Below are positions 26,336 through 32,636 of a stretch of 32,636 nt of DNA, in pieces. Position 1 is the first letter of the stretch, and every line of letters starts with the position of its first letter. The notes below the pieces were generated by a model, which saw only the letters and a program-made list of their open reading frames with translations, was not told the DNA's origin and made no database searches. A program made the position numbers and the translations under genes. Source of the stretch: Alphaproteobacteria bacterium (GTDB taxonomy: Bacteria > Pseudomonadota > Alphaproteobacteria > Rs-D84); contig JBKSMR010000007.1 of the NCBI GenBank assembly GCA_046881895.1, positions 1-32,636 on the forward strand. Reading direction: 5' to 3'.

Positions 26336-29110
26336 ATGCTGACACTGATAGATGGAAATTCTTTATTATTTCGTGCTTATTACGGGGTTCACAGTCGCTT
26401 GACCAAATCAGACGGCACCCCCACAGGTGCAGTATATGGTTTTATAAATATGATTTTGCCGATATTATCATCTGCAAAACCTGACGATATAATCTTATGT
26501 GTCTTTGATGCGTCACGTATCACATTCCGCCAGAACATATACCCACAGTATAAAATGAATCGTTCTGAAACACCTGCAGACTTGATTGCCCAGGGCGAAA
26601 CAATTCGCCACGCCTTGGTTCAAATGGGTGTTCCCGTACTGTGTGTCCCAGGGGTAGAAGCTGACGATGTTATCGCCACACTGGCACGCAATAATTGCAA
26701 TACTGTTGATTCAACCCGAATTATTACCAGCGACAAAGATTTAATGCAACTGGTATCAAACTGTATATTTTTATACGACACGATGAAGCAACTGGAAATT
26801 CGTGCACCACAGGTACTGGAAAAATTTGGTGTTCAACCAGATCAGGTCACCGATGTACAATCACTGATGGGCGATTCTTCTGATAATGTTCCAGGTGTCC
26901 CAGGTATTGGTCCAAAAAAAGCATCCGAACTTATAAACCAATTCGGCACATTGAACAATCTGTACGCCAACCTAAATCAGGTTCAAAACGAACGAATACG
27001 TAATCTATTAAATGACAATCGTGAAATGGCATACATTTCTAAACGGCTGGTCACATTAAAGGAAGATGTTGATTTATCAGGCATGAAAATCAGCCCATTC
27101 AGATTTAATAAGTCGTGTGCTTTGGCGTTTGTAAAACAAGAACTGGAAAGTAAATCTTTATTTGAAAAAATCAGTAAAAGCTTCCCCGACACAGATTCAG
27201 AACCAAGTGATTCCGGCTTCTATTTTGCAGGCAACGCATGCGAAATCAGTTCGGCAACACACACCTGTACAAAACCAGAAAACAAGCAAATAGATTTTAA
27301 ATATCAAACCATATATAGTGCAAATGAACTGACAAAATTTTTATCAAATATAACTGACATTATCGCCATTGACACAGAAACAACGGGTCTAAATCAAACA
27401 CACGACCAGCTGGTTGGAATATCATTGGCAACATCTGAAACAAATGGAATATACATACCAATCAGACATCGAACTGGCGTAACCGATTTGTTCGGCAACG
27501 AAGCATTGATACCTAATCAAATACCTATCAACGAAGTATATAAATTATTATGGCCTATACTAACAAATAAAAAAATAACTAAAATCGGACATAATTTAAA
27601 ATATGACCTGCATATATTTGCAAACGAAGGCTGGGATATTGAAAAAATTACGCCTATCGATGATACAATGTTATTATCTTATATTTTACACGGCACGACC
27701 CACGGCCATGGACTGGACGAGCTGGCACTAAAATATCTGGGACACGAAACAATAAAGTTTTCATCATTGTTCCCAGCTAAAACTAAAAATACAGACATGT
27801 TCTTTGACAAATTGGCAATAGACGTCGCATCACGTTATGCAACCGAAGACGCCTGTATTTGTTATGCACTGTATAATTTAATGCGACCAGAGTTAAATCA
27901 AAATAAAAAACTGCGTGAACTGTACGAAACTTGTGATTTGCCATTGTTAAAAGTGCTGTTAAAAATGGAACGAATCGGCGTTATGGCAGATAAATCAAAA
28001 CTAAACCAGCTGTCTGGCATATTTCACGAACAGTTACAAAAGCTGGAAGCGGAAATATGGGAACTGGCCAATCACGAATTTAATATCGCCAGTCCGAAAC
28101 AACTGGGTGTAATTTTATTTGATGAACTGGGATTGCCAGCAAATAAAAAGCGTTCCACAGACGCAGACACATTAAACGATTTAATTGACGAGCATCCAAT
28201 CATAGAAAAAATTCTAAACTGGCGTTCTATTGCAAAGCTGGCCGGAACATACGCAGATGCATTGCCGCACCAAATTGAATCAGATGGTCGTATTCATACC
28301 ACCTATTTACAGACCAGCACCAATACAGGCCGCCTATCCAGCCGCGATCCAAACCTGCAAAATATTCCAATAAAAACCGAACTGGGCGAAGAAATAAGAC
28401 ATTGTTTTATCGCATCACCTGGGAATGTTTTAATATCTGTCGACTATTCCCAAATACAGTTGCGTCTACTGGCAGACATCGCCAACATACCGACCTTTAA
28501 AGAAACTTTTAATAACGGTCAAGACATTCACGCACAAACAGCCCGCAAAATATTTAACATCCCAGCAGACAAACCTGTACCAAAAGAGATGCGTCGTGCA
28601 GCCAAGACTGTAAACTTTTCTATTATATATGGGATTTCATCATTTGGTCTGGCGGCACAACTGGGGGTTGATCGTCGCCACGCACAAAACATTATCGATT
28701 CATACATGGCTGGCCTGCCACAGGTCAAGAATTATATTGAACACACAAAGCAATTTGCATTGGAAAACGGGTGTGTTTATACCCCATGGGGACGAAAAAT
28801 CGAGTTACCAGAAATTCGCAACCCACGTATGCGTGCATATGCGATACGTGCTGCAATCAACGCACCAATCCAAGGATTCGAAGCAGATCTAATGCGACGT
28901 GCAATGATTGACATTGACAAGAATATAATCGCAGCAAATTCAGACAAAATCCGTATGATTATGCAAGTCCATGATGAAATGGTATTTGAATGTAACTTTG
29001 CGTATGCAGACCAATTTGCACAACAAATAAAATACGCTATGGAAAATGTCATAAAATTGTCTGTTCCACTGGTTGCAGAATACGTTATTGACACACATTG
29101 GGGCAAGTAA
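26336..29110 (+). CDS. polA: DNA polymerase I (5' nuclease, intact 3'-5' exonuclease, polymerase)
   Basis: Motifs LIDGNS, EADD, DTETTG, GHNLKYD, YATEDA, TGRLSS, DYSQIQLR, AKTVNFSIIYG and VHDE. Confidence 0.98.
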   Translation: MLTLIDGNSLLFRAYYGVHSRLTKSDGTPTGAVYGFINMILPILSSAKPDDIILCVFDASRITFRQNIYPQYKMNRSETPADLIAQGETIRHALVQMGVPVLCVPGVEADDVIATLARNNCNTVDSTRIITSDKDLMQLVSNCIFLYDTMKQLEIRAPQVLEKFGVQPDQVTDVQSLMGDSSDNVPGVPGIGPKKASELINQFGTLNNLYANLNQVQNERIRNLLNDNREMAYISKRLVTLKEDVDLSGMKISPFRFNKSCALAFVKQELESKSLFEKISKSFPDTDSEPSDSGFYFAGNACEISSATHTCTKPENKQIDFKYQTIYSANELTKFLSNITDIIAIDTETTGLNQTHDQLVGISLATSETNGIYIPIRHRTGVTDLFGNEALIPNQIPINEVYKLLWPILTNKKITKIGHNLKYDLHIFANEGWDIEKITPIDDTMLLSYILHGTTHGHGLDELALKYLGHETIKFSSLFPAKTKNTDMFFDKLAIDVASRYATEDACICYALYNLMRPELNQNKKLRELYETCDLPLLKVLLKMERIGVMADKSKLNQLSGIFHEQLQKLEAEIWELANHEFNIASPKQLGVILFDELGLPANKKRSTDADTLNDLIDEHPIIEKILNWRSIAKLAGTYADALPHQIESDGRIHTTYLQTSTNTGRLSSRDPNLQNIPIKTELGEEIRHCFIASPGNVLISVDYSQIQLRLLADIANIPTFKETFNNGQDIHAQTARKIFNIPADKPVPKEMRRAAKTVNFSIIYGISSFGLAAQLGVDRRHAQNIIDSYMAGLPQVKNYIEHTKQFALENGCVYTPWGRKIELPEIRNPRMRAYAIRAAINAPIQGFEADLMRRAMIDIDKNIIAANSDKIRMIMQVHDEMVFECNFAYADQFAQQIKYAMENVIKLSVPLVAEYVIDTHWGK

Positions 29111-29216
29111 ACACCATGCAAATCGTGGGTTTGCACGAATATGAATTTTATGCTTGCACGAATCGGATAAATATTACTAGTATTCCATATCATCAAACAC
29201 CACACAGGGGGAAAAA

Positions 29217-29594
29217 GTGATTATTGGGATCGGAATAGATTTAGTTGAATGTGGCCGTTTTTTAGATTGGTCTGCATTTAAAAAGCAACGCATTTTTACC
29301 AAGAAAGAATTAGAATATGCAGATAATGACAATGCAAATTCTGAACGCCATTTGGCAAATTTCTGGGCTGCACGCGAAGCATTTTTAAAAGCCATCGGCA
29401 CAGGCTTTGGTGACGACATTGCGTTTTCTGATGTATCTGTCGTACATAATGATAATGGCCGTCCAGAATTGCTGATTGCTGGCGGGGCCAAGGCTGCATT
29501 AAAAGAAATATCTGGTGGCAATGCAACGATACATTTGTCTATTACTGACCAAGGCGATTATTGTGCTGCAATGGTTGTGATTGAATCAAAATAA
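29217..29594 (+). CDS. acpS: Holo-[acyl-carrier-protein] synthase
   Basis: Motifs GIGIDLVE, WAAREAFLKAIGTG, GRP and HLSITD. GTG start. Confidence 0.93.
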   Translation: MIIGIGIDLVECGRFLDWSAFKKQRIFTKKELEYADNDNANSERHLANFWAAREAFLKAIGTGFGDDIAFSDVSVVHNDNGRPELLIAGGAKAALKEISGGNATIHLSITDQGDYCAAMVVIESK

Positions 29595-29595
29595 T

Positions 29596-29620
29596 AAATC
29601 CCCAATTTGGGGATTTTTTT
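29596..29620. terminator. Bidirectional terminator
   Basis: AAATCCCCA-ATT-TGGGGATTTTTTT between convergent genes. Confidence 0.8.
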
Positions 29621-30692
29621 ATTTCTCGATAAACAATCTGGCAGGGTCAACGGCACTGTTACCACGACGTACTTCCAGATACATTTCTGGTTTGTTTGGA
29701 TTCATGCGTCCCACAGGTTCGCCAGCCAAGACTTCCTGTCCCAATGCAACGTCAATATTACCCAGGTTTGTCATAACCGTATTATAGCCATTTTTATGCG
29801 ACATAATCACGACGCGACCAAAGCCGCGAAAGCTATCCGCAAATTTTACAACGCCATCTGCCGGTGCCATAACCAATGCATCGCCACGCGTTCGAATACG
29901 CCATCCATCTGATTTCAATCCCAACGCTGTCTTTTCGGCAAAACGCACAACAATGCGACCACGCACAGGCAAATTTAACTTACGCTTTGAAAAGCGTGCA
30001 TCATCAGACATTTCAGAACTGCCGACACCAGCAGACAATTCAGAAATACTTTTTGCACGTGCAGATAATTCTTTTAACTTTTTTTGCAATGCAGTTTGCT
30101 GATTTTTTAATTTTTCATTTTGAGCACTGCGCGTTTTAAGCAGTTTATCTAGTTCTGTTTTTTCACGATTGTATTTTTTAGCAGTTTTATCCAACTTTTC
30201 TTTTTCATTTGCACGTTCATCTCGCAATTTTTCTATATCTTTGATTTGTTGTTTAGCTGTGTCAATCTGTTCATCTAATGCATCAGCAGCACCCGATAAT
30301 ACTGCCGACATCAGCACATAATCACGCATATTTTCTGTATCAAAATTAGGATGCGACGCAACAAACAAAATACTGGCGGCGGAATCGGATACCAGTGACA
30401 AATTCTTTTCCATATCACGCGTCATTTTTTCCAGTTGCGAATCCAGTTCTGCGATTTTCTTAGCCATTTGGCTGCGTTTATCTTCCAGATTACTAACCTT
30501 ATCTGCGGCGCGCACCAGTTCTTTTTTTGTCTTGGATATTTCTCTATCAGATGTTTTAACCTGTTGTTCCAACTTTTTATTTTGCTGTTCGGTTTGCTTT
30601 ATTTGTGCATTTATTTGCGACAATTCGCTAGCGGCATGGGAATTATGCCCGACACACATGAAAAACGCTAAAAATACAAATATAAAACGCAT
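29619..30692 (-). CDS. EnvC-like murein hydrolase activator (coiled coil plus degenerate M23/LytM domain)
   Basis: Signal peptide, long heptad region, then LPVRG...VMAPADGVV...FRGFGRVVIMSH...MYLEVR...VDP. The zinc-ligand His residues are absent. Confidence 0.88.
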   Translation of the reverse strand: MRFIFVFLAFFMCVGHNSHAASELSQINAQIKQTEQQNKKLEQQVKTSDREISKTKKELVRAADKVSNLEDKRSQMAKKIAELDSQLEKMTRDMEKNLSLVSDSAASILFVASHPNFDTENMRDYVLMSAVLSGAADALDEQIDTAKQQIKDIEKLRDERANEKEKLDKTAKKYNREKTELDKLLKTRSAQNEKLKNQQTALQKKLKELSARAKSISELSAGVGSSEMSDDARFSKRKLNLPVRGRIVVRFAEKTALGLKSDGWRIRTRGDALVMAPADGVVKFADSFRGFGRVVIMSHKNGYNTVMTNLGNIDVALGQEVLAGEPVGRMNPNKPEMYLEVRRGNSAVDPARLFIEK

Positions 30693-30721
30693 ACTATTAT
30701 TCTATCAAAAAGTCATCAACA

Positions 30722-30750
30722 TTGCAATTAGTGTATAAAAATGATATAAT
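30722..30750 (+). promoter_or_regulatory. Putative sigma70 promoter
   Basis: TTGCAA-N17-TATAAT with an extended TG, upstream of the 30776 gene. Confidence 0.6.
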
Positions 30751-30775
30751 GTAAAACATTACAAAGAGGGAAACA

Positions 30776-31267
30776 ATGACAAACCAAACAATCTATCAAA
30801 GACCAATCAACCCGATATCATCATTTTATATACTGGGCCACTTGCTGTGCGAAGGCTATTTATATCCACTTAACACACCAATCTTAGTACAAGAAAAAAA
30901 CAAAGATTATTCGTTCTGTTTGGCATTTAACAAAGAAACAGACAAGGTCTATTTGGCTGGCATCGACACACCTGCATCTATTATCGAAACGCTTGCAAAA
31001 AGATTAAAAGAAATTTTTGTAGCCACACTGGAGAATATGGAAATCAAAATTGAATTTATCAACATATGCAATTTTAGTGAAAAAACAGCTGCATCATTAA
31101 ACAAAAAATTGGCACCAGACAACATCACCGTCAAATTCTTTGACAACCCATTCCAAGCCTATGAATATTTAGTCAAAGAAAACAGCCCACACAATTTCCC
31201 AAGTGATGAAACAATCGAAGCATGTTGGGATTATATGGACACAACAATTCAATATCTAAACATATAA
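30776..31267 (+). CDS. Hypothetical cytoplasmic protein
   Basis: 163-aa ORF with promoter, AGAGG RBS and terminator. No motif recognised. Confidence 0.8.
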   Translation: MTNQTIYQRPINPISSFYILGHLLCEGYLYPLNTPILVQEKNKDYSFCLAFNKETDKVYLAGIDTPASIIETLAKRLKEIFVATLENMEIKIEFINICNFSEKTAASLNKKLAPDNITVKFFDNPFQAYEYLVKENSPHNFPSDETIEACWDYMDTTIQYLNI

Positions 31268-31293
31268 AAAAACAGGGCAACGCCCTGTTTTTT
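31266..31293. terminator. Bidirectional terminator
   Basis: AAAAAAACAGGGC-AAC-GCCCTGTTTTTT, 3 nt beyond the distal tyrS TAA. Confidence 0.85.
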
Positions 31294-31296
31294 ATA

Positions 31297-32505
31297 TTAC
31301 TTTACGCTAACTTTCAAGAAAGTCTTTTTGCCTTTTTGCACCATAAATTCATCGGCCACACGAACGACATACTTAATGTCTGCGATTTTATTTCCATCTA
31401 TTTGGATACCGCCCTACTCGACCATACGTCTGGCTTCGGATTTAGATGTGAACAATCCTGTTACGACCAAGAAATCCAAGATTGACATATCGGCATTCAT
31501 TTCAATTTCAACACTTGGCACATTTGACATATCTGCACCACCACCAAACAATGCAGACGAGGCATTTTCAGCCGCCACCGCAGCATCACGCCCATGTGCA
31601 ATTTCTGTTGCAGCAAATGCCAAGACTTTTTTTGCCTGATTTATTTCTGCACCCTGTAACGCAGACAATCTTGCAATCTCGTCCAGTGGGATTTCTGTGA
31701 ATATTTTCAAGAATTTTTCAACCAAGTCATCTGGTGTATTGCGGAAATACTGATAATATTCATATGGCGATGTTTTATCTTCATTCACCCAAACAGCGTT
31801 CCCAGCAGACTTTCCAATTTTGTTACCATTTGCATCTGTAATCAGGGATGTTGAAAGCACAAATACTTCCTTGCCCAGCTTTTTACGAACCAGTTCTATT
31901 CCCATGATTGAATTACCCCACTGGTCTGCACCACAGAATTGCAAGATACAATTATGCTTTTTATACAGTTCCAAGAAATCAACCGCCTGGAAAGTCATAT
32001 AATTAAATTCCAAGAACGTCATACCATTATCCAATCGACGCTTTACAGATTCCATTGACAACATACGTGGCACAGTAAAATCAGTTCCGAAATCACGCAA
32101 GAAATCCAAATGGCTGTAATTTTTCATCCAATCATAGTTATCAACCATAATTGCCTGATTATCTTCAAAGTTGATAAATTTAGAAATAGATTTACGCAAT
32201 CCCGCACAGTTTTTTTCAATCTGTTCATCTGTCATCATTGGGCGTCCCTTGTCACGACCGGATGGGTCACCAATACGACCAGTTGCCCCACCGACCAATG
32301 TAATTGGACGATGTCCAAACTTTTGGAACCAACGCATCAGCATCAAAGACGCCAAATGTCCGACATGCAGTGAATCACCGGTCGGATCAGTTCCCCAATA
32401 CGCGGTAATTTTTCCAGCATTCAATGCATCATTTAACGCATCCATATTTGATGCCTGATTTATAAAGCCACGTGCTTCTAGTTCTTGTAACAACTCATTT
32501 TGCAT
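31297..32505 (-). CDS. tyrS: Tyrosine--tRNA ligase (402 codons) interrupted by an in-frame TAG at codon 364 (31414-31416)
   Basis: Motifs GTDPTGDSLHVGH, GDPSG, GADQWGN and KIGKS. The S4 domain SKSEARRMVE*GGIQIDG...KGKK continues in frame to TAA at 31297-31299. Confidence 0.95.
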
Positions 32506-32528
32506 AATTAAAATCCTTTATCAGGCAA

Positions 32529-32557
32529 ATAATAGCAATTATTTTCACAACTTGCAA
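32529..32557 (-). promoter_or_regulatory. Putative tyrS promoter
   Basis: Minus strand TTGCAA-N17-TATTAT, with an AAGGA RBS before ATG 32505. Confidence 0.55.
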
Positions 32558-32636
32558 GAACGCCATTAAACAAAATTCCCATCCACAGTCATTTTAGTTT
32601 TTTTTCGTAAATTAAACGTTTTCGCCCACCGCATCA

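Noticed and set aside
29619-30000. Inactivated M23 peptidase as a novelty or pseudogene
   Set aside because: Loss of zinc ligands is the normal state of EnvC-type activators.
32506-32636. T-box leader for tyrS or a partial CDS at the right edge
   Set aside because: The promoter is ~25 nt from the ATG and no T-box motif is seen. The remaining sequence is too short to support a gene call.

Overview
AT-rich bacterial chromosome segment. Rho, AcpS and EnvC look alphaproteobacterial, and the many Cys-rich exported proteins suggest a small-genome, host-associated lineage such as Rs-D84 (inference, not verified). The housekeeping backbone is rho, eno, pth, polA, acpS, an EnvC-like gene, tyrS, an arginase-family gene, tRNA-Pro(TGG) and tRNA-Leu(AAG). 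It is interspersed with envelope genes: a ~1700-aa autotransporter, four beta-barrel proteins and three Cys-rich exported proteins. The first ~4.7 kb is an accessory region at the 3' end of tRNA-Pro. There, unrelated gene blocks (including an AlgJ/AlgI-like O-acetylation pair) are separated by three copies of one terminator repeat, two of which end in a fragment of the tRNA 3' end. The main oddities are: (1) that cassette-like array, with a nested 242-bp folded non-coding element and a 31-bp hairpin insertion at the CCA end; (2) a tRNA-Leu with the rare AAG anticodon followed by 84-bp hairpin repeats that share motifs with the insertion at tRNA-Pro; (3) an in-frame TAG inside tyrS at a Gln position of the S4 domain; (4) a Pol I whose motif A steric-gate Glu is Gln; (5) an orphan overlapping Rz/Rz1-like gene pair with no prophage around it; (6) two paralogous exported proteins sharing an unrecognised Cys-patterned domain. 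No integrase, transposase, CRISPR array or rRNA is visible. All calls were made by eye and no searches were run.
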